Source of the DNA: Octopus vulgaris | Lineage: Eukaryota | Reading direction: 5' to 3' | NCBI GenBank assembly: GCA_951406725.2 | Contig: OX597824.1 | Location: 86,242,001-86,306,000, forward strand | DNA: 64,000 bases | Shown here: positions 38,701-53,025 of the stretch, piece by piece | Position numbering within the stretch: the stretch's first letter is position 1 | Layout of the letters: every line of letters starts with the position of its first letter | Notes under the pieces: model-generated | Databases searched by the model: none | Told to the model about the DNA's origin: nothing | What the model saw: only the letters and a program-made list of their open reading frames with translations | Made by a program: the position numbers and the translations under genes

Positions 38701-41700
38701 CTCCTGCCTGACTGGTCCCTGTCAAACCATCCAACCCATGCCAGTATTGAAGGCATATATTAAATTAAACGATGATGATGATGATCATCATCATCGTTTA
38801 ATGTCCGCTTACCATGCTAGCATGGGTTGGACGATTTTGACTGGGGTCTGGCGAACCAGATGGCTGCACCAGGCTCCAATCTTGACCTGGCAGAGTTTCT
38901 ACAGCTCGATGCCCTTCCTAATGCCAACCACTCCGAGAGTGTAGTGGGTGCTTTTACATGCCACCTGCATGGGGCCAGTCAGGCGGTACTGGCAATGACC
39001 TCGCTCGAATCTTTTACACATGCCACCAGCACAGGTGCCAGTAAGGCGATGTTGGTAACGATCACGGTCGAATGGTGTCTTTTACGTGCCACCGGCACAG
39101 AAGCCAGTTAGCCGCTCTGGCAATGATCACGCTTGGATGGTGCTCTTAATACCCTACTAGCACGGGGCTCGAGTGCCAGTAAGGCGATGCTGGTAACGAT
39201 CATCCTCGAATGGTGCTTTTTAAGTGCCACTAGCACTGAAGACGATGATATTTAAAAAAAAGGGACATACACCCATCAAAGAGAACAAAATAAATACTTA
39301 TTTTGATGTTATCATACTTACATTAATGATATCATATATCTGTCGAACAGCTCGAGGTATGATACCTTGCTGCTCCTCCGATACTGAAGATAAATTGAAA
39401 CCTCCAATTGTGTGAGTTTTTCCTGAACCCTGACACAATAAAAAAGAATAATATTATCTTACATTATTCAGATACACCTAAAAAAAAAAAGATGAAAACA
39501 GCATATAGCTACTACAAAGTAGGCCTTCCCATGCTGGACCACCACTTCCCAGAGGTAAAAATGGCTTTGCATAGGGTCAACACACATACCTACAAAAAAA
39601 GCAAAATTATAGAAGCAGGGATGACAACTGAAAAGCAACAAAACCTGAGAGGGAAAAGCCTTCCCTTGGAGAAACGTATGATATAATGTAGCAAAATCCT
39701 AAAGGAAGGTGCAAGGTCAACTCCTCTTCTGACCATCAGGAAGAGCTATGATAGAAGTGTAAGGAGACAGGTACCAGTGTAAGAAGAAATCCTGAAGCAC
39801 CAAATGGAAAGGGACAGGTCACATTTTAACTCTTTCTTTACTATATTTATTTTGAGATACTCTGTGTTTCTTTCAATTACTTTAAATATAACAAGGAATT
39901 TAGTAAAATAACTTAATTATCATTCAGCTAGTGTTAGGAACATAAATTGTGACTAAGGTTTGATGGAAGATTTTAATTCAGAACTTATGAAAACAAGAGA
40001 TTTGTACTAAGAGACAGAGCCAGTTTCAGCCGGGTTGGTAACGAAAGGGTTAAGGAAACCAACATCCTGCATCAAGCCTACACCTGGAACCCACAAGGGA
40101 GGTGCAACAGAGGAGACTCTACAAATAGCTAGAGGTAGAGGTGAAAAAGCAGGGATCCAGCAGGGGAAAAGCAAAAGAGACAGCCCAGAGTTGCGAACAG
40201 AGGAGAAAAGTCATTGCTGGTCTATGCTCCCTAGGGAATGACGGGATTAATTAAGCAAACACTGCCCTAGTGTTGATTGAGTGTGGGTCACAGATGATAT
40301 ATGATGACAAAATACATCTAACTATACTTACTGTCTGACCATAGGCAAACACTGTGGCATTGTAACCTTCAAATATACTCTCCACCAAAGGTTCAACACT
40401 CTGATAAACATCTTTCTGTAAGCAAAACAGAAAAAGAAATAACAAACATTAGTCACAGTTCTCTACATCCTTTAACTCTTTACCTGTCCAAAGTATTTCC
40501 ATAAATTTGTTCTAAATGTCCATGCTTGTTTTTAGACTTCTAATTAGCTCTTGTTTCATTATGTTCTAAGTAATATAAAGCTTGTGGAGGCACAATGGCC
40601 CAGTGGTTAGGGCAGCGGACTCGCGGTCAGAGGATCGCGGTTTCGATTCCCAGACCGGGTGTTGTGTGTATTTATTGAGCGAAAACACCTAAAAGCTCCA
40701 CGAAGCTCCTGCAGGGGGTGGTGGCAACCCCTGTTGTACTCTATCGCCCCAACTTTCTCTCACTCTCTCTTCCTGTTTCTTGAGTAACGCTGCGATGGAC
40801 TGGCGTCCCATCCAGCTGGCAGGGGAATACATACGCCATAGAAACCGGGAAACCAGGCCCATGAGCCTGGCAAGGCTTGAAAAGGGCGACGTTTATCATT
40901 TTAATATAAAGCTTCACTTTTCTTAAATCCTAGGTTACACAGGTGACTGAAACTTAAAGATACACCTGACACTTCTTCTCTACTTTTCCAACTGGAGTAG
41001 CCATGTATTTCCTCTACAACAACACACCTGTTCCTGCCCCTCTATCATACTTTTACCTCTCATCACGTGGCATAAAGCCATCTATCTCAATACTAGCCTT
41101 CCTCTTCAGTTTTGTCTTGTAGATTATTTGGTGACCTCACTAGTGCTGGTGCCACATGAAAAGCACCCAGCACACATTGTAAAGTGGTTGGTGTTAGAAA
41201 GGGCAACCAGCCATAGGACCCATACCAATGCTACCATTGGAGCTTGATGTAGTCCTCTCACTCATTGGCCCTTGTCAAACTATCCAACCTATGTCAGCAT
41301 GGGAAACAGAGGTTAAACAACGATCAATGATGACCCACTCACTGCTCTTTACAACCCTTGGTATCCTGTACCAATGAAGAAACCACTCTGTATTTGCTTG
41401 ATTTCCTAAAAATAGCAACCAAATCTTCAAATCATATCTTAGTATTGTGAGAAAAAAAAGGACATATTAGATAATGTAGTCCTTGATACACTATGCCTGA
41501 CTCTTGAAACACTGTATCTGATAACAGGCTCATTATTTGAATTCCTTTGATCAGGTTTGACCAGGGTCAAGCAACAAGTTTTAATATCTCCACAATATAC
41601 CGTAATATGAGTACACATTACAAAGTAGTAGTAGTAGTAGTAGCTGGCAGAAACGTTAGCATGCCAGGTGAAACACCTAGCGTTATTTCGTCTGCCGCTA

Positions 41701-42011
41701 TGAGGGTGACACTCACTTACAACCACCTCATGATGTCAAGTCAAGGACCCGTATATACACACACACACACACACCTATTTCTTTACTTTCCACAAGGGGC
41801 TAAACACGGAGGGGACAAACAAGGACAGACAAACGGATTAACTCGATTACATCGACCCCAGTGCGTAACTCATACTTAATTTATCGGGGTCGATTAAATA
41901 AGTACCAGTTACGCACTGGGGTCGATATAATCGACTTAATCCGTTTCTCTGTCCTTGTTTGTCCCCTCTGTGTGTAGCCCCTTGTGGGTAGTAAAGAAAT
42001 AAGTAGTGGTG

Positions 42012-42044
<33 letters not shown>

Positions 42045-43949
42045 CCACCACCGAAGTAAATTTGAAACGTTTATATTAATTTAGCATTAGTTGTATAAAA
42101 ATAGTTACTGTTTGCATCACTCGAAAGAGAAATAAATTCTGCATAAGATGTAAAAGATAAAAATAATTTGTATGGTGTTAGTAACAAAATATTTTGTAAG
42201 AAAGAGAACTTTTATCATCGGTCTTAAATTTATTTTCACCAGTGTAGTCTGGACAGGTAGGTTTATTGGGCAGTAGATAACCAGTCAAGAAACGAGCAGT
42301 TCATATCTTGCTGCTGGTTTTGCTTGAAGCTCTTGATTAAGACACTTAACTTTTATGGCCCAATCCATGTCAGAATAATTTATGTTGAAAACACTGTCAG
42401 TATTAAACAGTGCCAGTATTATAAACATTGATAGATAAAGCAGTTTGAGCGTCACTACACTCTCCTCCAAACTGCGTAGCTTTGTAACTAAGTTGGAAAT
42501 CAACCTTATTAATATATCAACATTATTGGTTTCAGATTTTGATCCAAGGCCAGCAATTTTGGCGGAAGGAGTAAGTCAATTACAATGACCCCAGTGCTCA
42601 GCTGGTACTTATTTTATCAAGCCCCAAAAGGGTGAAAGGCAAAGCTGACCTCAGCGGAATTTGAACTCAGGACAAAATGCACTACGCATTTTGCCCAGCA
42701 TGTTAACAATTCTGCCAGCTCACTAATTTAACGATAGATGAAATGGCTCTATTTTGTCTTGCATGCTAACGATTCTGCCAGTTCACCACCTTAATATATC
42801 AACGTCTCTCTATATATAAAGCTGAAGTTGTCTGTGTATGGCAGGTTTGGTAGCCTTCAACTAACACAATCTCCTCCGAGACCCTACGGCGCAAGTTGAC
42901 CAAAATTGAGAGTATGATAGAAGAAGGCTTGCTCTTCCTTCCGTAGAAGAAAAAATTCAAATCGGACCATGTTAACACCAAAAATTATTTACATCAAAAA
43001 GGTGCTTTTTTTCTATGAAAATCCTTATTTTTTTACGATTTTTTTTACTGCTGTGTCACCATTTTCCGGTGTATTTCAACCAGAAAAATGTTCACTTAAA
43101 GAGAATAACAAGCTACATAATGCATAATTTTTACTTTTCAAAAATTCCAATTCTAAAGAGTGGAAACAAGCCCAAGCAACGCTGCGCAATACTGCTAGTT
43201 TGTAATAAAGTGTTATGTGAAAGTGAAATCATAAATATCAATAACATAGCTGTGTTAGGCTAGTCTCATAGAGTTAAAGAAGTCAAAGATAAATCTATCT
43301 TTGTACTGAATACAAATTTATTGCAAGAATCATACTAGGGGGCCTGTCACCCATTCCAGACTTAAACTACAGCAAGTGTAGAGTTAGATATACAGATGAA
43401 ATAAAGAAAATTAAACACCAACACGGATCCAAAATCCAATGACTTGTCTCTTTACTCTTTAACTTGTTTCAGTCATTTGACTGCGGCCATGCTGGAGCAC
43501 CGCCTTTAGTTAAGCAAATCGACCCCGGGACTTATTCTTTGTAAGCCTAGTACTTATTCTATCGGTCTCTTTTGCCGAACTTAGTCTCTCATTGGTAAAA
43601 AAGATAAAGACCCTGCTTCATGAATGACCATGGGATTGCACACCTAAAAATTTCCCCTCTGAGGTGCAAGTCCGGGCAAAGTTGTTTATGGAAAAGCAGC
43701 AGTCACCCATGAATACCACCAGCCTCACCTCTTCATGTTGCCCAAGGGAAAGGCAAAGGCCGATACAGCTTCACATCAGTGATGTTGCAACTCATTTCTA
43801 CAGTTGAGTGAACTGGAGCAACATGAAATAAAGTGTCTTGCTCAAGAACACAACACACAGCTCAGTCCAAGAATTAAACGCTCTACTTCATGATTGTGAG
43901 CCCAACATTTAGCCACTGAGCCATGCACCTTCTCATATATGTGTGTATG

Positions 43950-43995
<46 letters not shown>

Positions 43996-46864
43996 AATTT
44001 AAAAAACCCTTCTGTCATGTATGACCATGGGATTGCACCTGGAAAGTTTTCCTCCAAAGTACAAGTCCAGGCAAGGTTGTTTATGAAAGACCAGCAGTCT
44101 CCACACCACCAATGTTATCCAAGAGAAAGGCAAAGGCCGATACAGCTTGGCATCAGTGATATTGCAACTCATCTATACAGCTGAGTGAATTGGAGCAACA
44201 TGAAATAAAGTGTCTTGCTCAAGAACACACAGCCTGGTCCAGGAATCAAACTCACTACCTCATGATTGTGAGCCCAACTCTCAAACCACTGAGCAATGCA
44301 CCTTCACACACACATATGGAATGATTTCAAATGAGCATTGAAACACTCACAGATGCATTCCAGTTATGACCATCCCCTCCCATCCTTCTTTTGGGCAGTG
44401 AATATGAAAGACAACATTATCTAATGCGTCGCCACTTTTTTTTTTTTATGAAGGTAAGAAGTAATTTGAAAAAGATTTGGCTGCTATTTCTAACAAGCTA
44501 AACAATCACAGAATGGGAGATACAAGCCAAAAGGGCCATGATGCGGTCACTCAACCTGCTAGAAATAGTCACCGAATTCCTCAAATCACACCCTACAGTC
44601 TTATAAAATGGAAATGCATACAGGATAAAAACACAAGCATGGCTGTAAGTTAACAGGTTTGATTCCAACTATGTAGTTTTGAGTTCAGTCCCATTGGATG
44701 GTAACTTGGGCAAGTGACTTTTAGCATAGCCCTGGGCCAACCGAAGAATTGTGAGTGCATTTGAAAGAAAACTATTGTGTGTATATGTATGTGTGTGTTA
44801 GAGGCGGCGAGCTGGTAGAAACGTTAGCATGCCGGGCGAAATGCACTGCGGTATTTCATCTGCCACTGCGTTCTGAGTTCAAATTCCGCCAAGGTCAACT
44901 TTGCCTTTCATCCTTTCGGGGTCGATAAATTAAGTATGAGTTACGCACTGGGGTCGATGTAATCGAGTTAATCCGTTTGTCTGTCCTTGTTTGTCCCCTC
45001 CGTGTTTAGCCCCTTGTGGAAAGTAAAGAAATAGGTGTGTGTGTGTGTATACGGGTCCTTGACTTGACATCATGAGGTGGTTGTAAGTGAGTGTCACCCT
45101 CATACAAGTGATGTCATTTGTTTCAAATCTTCCGTGAGAAACGTGTGGCCATGAGAAAATATAGCCTAGCTTGGAAGAAAAAAAAGGTGAAGGTTGGTGA
45201 CAGGAAGAGCATCCCGCAGTAGAAAATCTGCTTTAACAAATTCCATCTGATTCAAAAAAAAGCATCAGAATGTGGATGATGATGATGATGATGATGATGT
45301 AATCCTAGATACGCTCCTAAAAAGATGAGATGGTCACTGCTGCAATACCTATTTCTTTACTACCCACAAGGGGCTAAACACAGAGGGGACAAACAAGGAC
45401 AGACACACGGATGAAGTCGATTACATCGACCCCAGTGCGTAACTGGTACTTAATTTATCGACCCCGAAAGGATGAATGGCAAAGTCGATCTTGGCAGAAT
45501 TTGAACTCAGAACGTGACGGCAGACGAAATACCTATTTCTTTACTACCCACAAGGGGCTAAACACAGAGGGGACAAACAAGGACAGACACATGGATTAAG
45601 TCGATTATATCGACCCCAGTGCGTAACTGGTACTTATTTAATTGACCCCAAAAGGATGAAAGGCAAAGTCGACCTTGGCGGAATTTGAACCCGGCGTGCT
45701 AACGTTTCTGCCAGCTCGCCGCCTTGCTGCAATACCTTTGATGATAGGTCTGCTTTTGCTTAATCAGTGCTGACCTGTGGTTAAACAACAACACCTACTC
45801 GGAGGCTCCCCTGTAGGTTTGAGAGGAGAATTACAACGTCTGTAGTCATGACATATTAATGACTACGAGATTTAGTACTTCAGTCTGAAGCAAGGACGGA
45901 AAATTGCTTCACCTGAAGTGGAATACCTGGAGCTAAACAGTCTTGATTCTCACACAATAAATCAAACCATTTAAAAAAAAAGAAAAGAAAAATAAAGAAA
46001 CATAAAAAGCTCTGTGTTTTAATTTCAAATTATGTCGAGGTTGACTTTGCCGTTCATCCTTTTGTGGGTCAATAAATCAAGTACCAGTTGAGCACGGGGT
46101 CTATGTAATCGACTAGTCCCCCTCCCCTCAAATTTCAGGCCTTGTGTATATGGTAAAAAAGATTATTATTATTACCTCTGTCTTAGCGAAGGCGGAGGTA
46201 TTGTTTTCAGTTGTGTTTGTTTGTTTGTCTGTCCTTGGACAAGATATCTCAAGAACCACTGGATGGATTCGGATAAAGCTTTCAGGGATGTTTGGCCTCA
46301 TGACTGGCACGAACTGATTAGATTTTGGGATTGATCTGGTACCAGACAAGAATTCTGGATTATTTTTCTGTTTTATTTCACTCAATTTTTGAGAGCAGTT
46401 GGGTTCATTTTCAGTATTCTCGTTTGTGAAAGCAGTCGAGTTTATTTTAGATATTCTCATTCTAAAAATCCTCTCTGGCTAATTGTTGAGAGGATGTTGG
46501 TGTAGCCTTGGGAGAGGTTTGCGCTCTCTGAGTGCTCTTGTTATTATCATTATTATTATTATTATTATTATTGAATGAGAGAGCAGTGCATGCCATCAAA
46601 GTGACACAGGGGTAAAATATACGAAGCGCAGTATACCCATCATGACTACCTGTCAGATAAGGGTACACCAGGCACATGCATCACAACCATATGTGCGCGA
46701 CATGGTGATCTCATATCAAGATAAACAGCGCATGGCCTTGCAGGTGGTGCCCAGTTGGAATTTTCTTCAGGTCGAGTAACCCATCCCACTCAAAAGGTCC
46801 CTGAATAAGGTTTGTTTAAGGATGATGAACGAAACACCCATGCTTCCAAGGGTGAATTATCCAA

Positions 46865-46911
<47 letters not shown>

Positions 46912-47321
46912 AATAGTCCAGTAAAAAAAAAAAAGAGTAGAAAGGAAAAAAAAAAACCAACTAAAAATGCAAGTGAAAAATAGTTTCTTGTTTTTAAGCA
47001 ACGAAGCTGGTCCATTAAAAGGGCAAAATAGAGAACACAAAGGCTGGGTAACCATAGCAACAGAACCAGTGAGTGGAGTAAATAGTAAATATTACATTAA
47101 GCGGTCTCTCTCTCTCTTTCTCTCTCTCAGGCAGGTAAGCAAGACTAATCAATAAATTCAGCAATGTCTTCACCAGTCAAATAGGCAGGTACATAAACCA
47201 CTTCATAAATTCTAACAGTAGTTCAGCTAAGTGGTCATAACTGGTTTCATATATGTATGCAGATGTGTATTTGCCTATATGTATATGCATATATATGTAT
47301 GTAAATAAAGTGTGTGTGTGT

Positions 47322-47374
<53 letters not shown>

Positions 47375-47632
47375 CATACATATACATACACATATATATA
47401 TATATATACATACATATATATACACATATATACATACATATATATACACATATATATATACACATATATATATACATATATACACATATATATATACATA
47501 CATATATATACACATATATATATACATACATATATACATACATATATATACACATATATATATACATATATATACACATATATATATACATACATATATA
47601 TACAATATATATATACATACATATATATACAC

Positions 47633-47689
<57 letters not shown>

Positions 47690-48316
47690 TATACATATAT
47701 ATGCATACATATACATACATATATATACATATATATGCATACATATATATACATATATATGCATACATATATATACATATATATGCATACATATATATAC
47801 ATACATACATATACATATATATGCATACATATATATACATACATATTTATACATATATATGCATACATATATATACATATATATATATATACACACACAC
47901 ACATATATATATATATACATATACATATATATACATATGTATATATCTGTGTGTATATATATATATATATATATATAGCTTTACAACTACACATACATAT
48001 GTGTGTGCATGCGTACTGACATATATACTTACATGTGTGTGTGTGTGTGTGTTATAAAAGACTTGAACAAAGATGGTGACAACATTGAAAAGCTTAAGGA
48101 GTAGTGGCCACGCATTTATCACTGAGGACTCGTTATAATACTAAAATAAACATTCTAATCAACACCAAATTATGACTAATCCCCCACCCCACCCCCACCC
48201 TGCTCTCTCCCCCCCGTCTTTATTTTTGTTTTCTTTCCTTAATGCTAAATAAATCAATAACGTTGGTTTCTAAGGCAAAGACCTATTAATAGTAGTAGGT
48301 GTCCCAGAACCTTAAT

Positions 48317-48354
<38 letters not shown>

Positions 48355-48388
48355 TGTGAGAGAGAGAGAGAAAGTTTGTGTGTAAGTA

Positions 48389-48422
<34 letters not shown>

Positions 48423-48849
48423 ATGGTTTATTGGCAGGGGGTGGGGGTCATGTTTTCCTTGGTTGGCCTTCGTCTTTTTGTTTTTTTTTTAATCCCATGG
48501 ACATCTGGAATGAATAAAAGGGAAACCAAATTGCCCCCACTACTTAACTGGTACTGTACTTTAATGGGGGTGGGGTGGGTGGGAGAGATGAAAGGTGAAG
48601 TTAATTAAGGTGGGATTCAAACACAGAACGTGAAAGACAGTAACTGAAAACAGCAAACATTTTGCTGAGACACGGCTGTGTGGTAGAGAAGCTGGCTTCC
48701 CAACCATGTGGTCTTGGGTTCGATCCCACTGCAGGACACCTTGGGCAAGTGTCTTCAATTATTGTCTTGGCAGACCAAAGCCTTGTGAGTGGATTTGGAA
48801 AGTAGAAACTGAAAGAAGCCTATCATGTGTGTATATATGTGTGTGTGTG

Positions 48850-48884
<35 letters not shown>

Positions 48885-51800
48885 AGTAAAACGCCCCCCC
48901 CCCCGTCCAATGGATGGTGCTGCATTATCAAACATTTAAACCAAAGTTTCTCAAAACAACTTGTCCGACCGTCCCATAGGCCTCCCCTTTGAGAAACACT
49001 GATTTAACCTAAATTTGAGACACCAGCAAAAGACGGATTTTGACTGATGTACTTGCGCATACAAATGCATGTTCCCACGGCTTTATCGATTGCATTCTCA
49101 CCTGGAATCGTGGACTGAACCCAGAACCATGCGGTCAAGAAGCGAGCTTCTTACCACACAGCCACTTCTGTGGTTATTGCCAAAATATTTTATGCATTGC
49201 AAAAGTATAACAAATTTAATTGAAGATAAACTTTAACAACAAAATCTTATACGGAGCCTCAAAGGTCACGTGGACCCCCAAAGGTCATATGGACCCTAGT
49301 TGAGAATTACTGGTTTGAAGTAATAAACAAAACAAACAGAAAAAGGAAAAGGGTGTAGAGAACATCAAAGGCTACTGACCTGTGTAGAATGTGCAGAATG
49401 GACGTAGTCGAATGTGAAACCTTTGTCTGTGCCGAGCACAATCTGGTTGGTGGTTGGAAACACACGAACACAACGTTTCTCTCCATTCAATCTCTCTCTG
49501 TTTAACAAGGGTCGAACCTGTCAAATATAAGTGGCTATGAACCAGTGGGGCATTATCAATAAAGAAATAGGGCTTGGCTGAAGATTATGGTTTCCTACAT
49601 TGACACAAGTCCATGGTTTCTTGTTATTGTTGCTGAGTCACTCTAGTTAGTACCATCTTGGTACTTCTAAGCGTTTTGGTCAACTTCTGCCATTCTATAA
49701 TTACAGAATTTATTTTAAAATCAAAATATATTCATCTTAGCTTCAACGATAGAAGAAAACATGAAGAATTTCATAATTTTGGTCCCATGCAGCAAAAATT
49801 TGTATAAAAAAAGTTGTGAGGTAAAATATAATTATAGAATGGCATAAGTTAACCAAAACGCTTAGAAGCAGCCCAGTTTCAGGAAACTGGATTTCGAGAT
49901 ATAAAATGTCTGATGTGATTTTATTACTACCCACAAGGGGCTTCGAGATATAAAATGTCTGATGTGTCAGTTTAACCCTTTAGCATTCAGATTATTCTGT
50001 CAAATGTAACACTTTTTAATTCAAATTGTTTTTAATTAATCCTGCATTATTTTGCAGCTTTAAAATTTTGATGATGTGACTGTATATTTCTAGAATGGCA
50101 TTGAAGGGTAGGTATGATAGGCTTGATCTGGCCAGTTTGAACATAAAACAGGAAGCATATTTGGGCCGGATATGGCCAGTTTAAATGCTAAAGGGTTAAA
50201 TGAAACTGTCATATTTAGAATCACCATAGCTGGTATTAGGCTTGCAGTCAGGCATCTCAAGTTCAAATATCCTGCAAGCATTTCACTGTCATCTCTGCAG
50301 TATGCTCGTTAGGTTGATCTACCTAATTTTCAGAAAGTAGGCACTTGATCATCTGAGAGTATTTTCTGGAGCACAGTAGCATCTTCTCTTGAGAAGGATT
50401 TGTTGCATCTACTTAATACCGTAAAATAGGGGTTAAGCAATGGTCCTTAAAAACCTTGTCCAGGTTCAGAATTCATTTACTGGGCCTCACCGAGGGCAAT
50501 GACTAGTGATCAGGACCTCTGGAAAAATGCTGTGCTGCAGAAGACTCGGCAAGCTCAAGTGTGACCATAACCTTGTGGCCTATGCTAGGTGGGTAACCAG
50601 TCCACTAAACTCTGCTTGCGAAGACCAGTTGAGGCAAGTGAAATCGAAATCGAAGTCGAAATCAAACTCAGTGACTGGCATCCGTTGCTAGTGGAGCGCT
50701 AAGAGTACCATATGAGTGAGATTGTTGCCAGAGCAACAAGCTGGCCTTCGTGCCGATGGCACGATAAACACACCATTCAAACGTGATTGTTACCGCATCG
50801 CCTTACTAGCACTTGTGCTGGTGGCATGTGAAAAAAAACATTCGAGCGAGGTCATTGCCAGTGCTGCTGAACTGGCTCCTGTGCAGGTGGCACGTAAAAA
50901 ACACCATTTGGGTGTGGCCGTTGCCAGTACCACCACACTGGCCCCCATGCCAGTGGCATGTAAAAGCACCCACTACACTCGCGGAGTGTTTGACGTTAGG
51001 AAGGGCATCCAGCTGTAGAAAGTCTGCCAGATCAGATTGGAGTCTGGTTCGCCAGACCTCAGTCAAATTGTCCAACCCATGCTAGCATGGAAAACGGACG
51101 TTAAATGATGATGATGATGATGATAAACAATGTAAATACTACACTCAGGATGACCAATTCTGCAATATCTAGAATACTGTGACTGAAGGGTTGTTCCTGA
51201 GTAAATTCAGTAACCTACTGCTATATCACTAGGTTACATTGCTACTCTGCAGTCACTCCTGTAATGATACTCGAATCAACTTTGCCTCATCTACTTCCAC
51301 TGTGATCCCTACCAAAATATGAGAACTGGCTGGCTGGATGGAGAAAAGGTCATTATATGTTCAGACTGTCACGCTACACCTGTTACTCTTCGACTTTGCA
51401 TGGTCAACACTGAGGTAGTGGCAAGGATATCCAGAATAACAGATCTGTGGGTCAGCTACTTGCACCATAGTCTATCAAAACAGGCCCAGGGCTACACAGC
51501 AACAATAATAAAGTGAACATATGTGTCTCTGTGTATTAGAGTCACATGACCTCTTCAAAAAAAACCTTATTTTGGGATCATTTTCTTTTTATATTTTACT
51601 AGGAAAATTAAAGTCCCCTGCTAAAAGTATAATGATCTCTGGGCTGGCCTCATTTGTGGTTTGACTTATGAGTGACAAAGCATCTTTTGTGATTTCCATG
51701 GTTATCTGCATCAGGAAGAAAGTAGGTAAGGCGGTGAGCTGGCAGAAACGTTAGCATGCCGGGCGAAATACGTAGCTGTATTTTGTCTGTCGTTACGTTC

Positions 51801-52990
51801 TGAGTTCAAATTCCGCCGAGGTCAACTTTGCCTTTCATCCTTTCAGGTTCGATAAATTAAGTACCAGTTACGCACTGGGGTCGATATAATCAACTCAATC
51901 CGTCTGTCTGTTCTTGTTTGTCCTCTCTGTGTTTAGCCCCTTGAGGGTAGTAAAGAAATAGGTATTTCGTCTGCCGTTACGTTCTGAGTTCAAATTCCGC
52001 TGAGGTCGACTTTGCCTTTCATCCTTTCGGGGTTGATAAATTAAGTACCAGTTACGCACTGGGGTCAATATAATCGACTCAATCCATCTGTCTGTCCTTG
52101 TTTGTCCCCTCTGTGTGTAGCCCCTTGTGGGCAGTAAAGAAAACAGTAAGTATACCAACCCACCTACTGAACTGGCTCTCCAGGTGTAACATAATTTTTG
52201 TCTGAGACTGCACAGTTATACATAACTGCAAAAAAATAGTTTGCTGTGAAGTCTACTTTGACAGTCCGTACGGTCCGCATAAATTTACAGGTGAAAGAAT
52301 TAAAATCAATCGCCGGATTGCAATAAGTATTTTTCCATAGCAATAATCAACCGAGTGACTAATTGAATGGCAATCCTGAGTCATCACCTGGCAGCAAACA
52401 AATGAGAAACTATTGCTAATATAGAAATGTATAACACACACACACACACACACACACATGCACGCAACACATATGAAGATTTTGTGGCTTATAGATAGGT
52501 ATCAATTAGGCATCTCAAGTGCATTAGTAGCTGTTTGCAGTGATTACTTTTTGCCAAGAACATAACGACCCCCAACACCATAAAAAGATGAAAATACACA
52601 AGTAAAAATCATATCGTCTATTTTTTTTACTTTGCTAATCAATGCATGACAAAATGTTGCAATTATTTTTGTAACATTTAACCGTTTCGTTACCAACCCG
52701 GCTGAAACTGCCTCTGGCTCTGTAGTACAAATGTCTTGTTTTCATAAGTTTTGAATTAAAATATTCCACCAAAATTTGGAGGGGGAGAGAAGTAGAGGGG
52801 GAGAGGGGGAGGGAGAGGAGAGAGGTAGACAGAGAGTTCCAGTAATTATCTAGCTATATAAAAAACTTGTGCCAAAAACTGGACATACATAGTGAAACAT
52901 CATATCATACTGCAGCACAGAGCCCACCCTTGCAAGCCTCATCAGCATGAGAAGATGAGCGTCAAACGATGGTGATGATGGTGGTGGTTG

Positions 52991-53025
<35 letters not shown>

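Noticed and set aside
47177-48057. Long ORFs (about 200-250 aa of Y/I/H/T/C/V/M); also 54679-55188, 59008-59814 and 62438-63285
   Set aside because: Translations of (TA)/(CA)/(TATC) microsatellites that lack stop codons.
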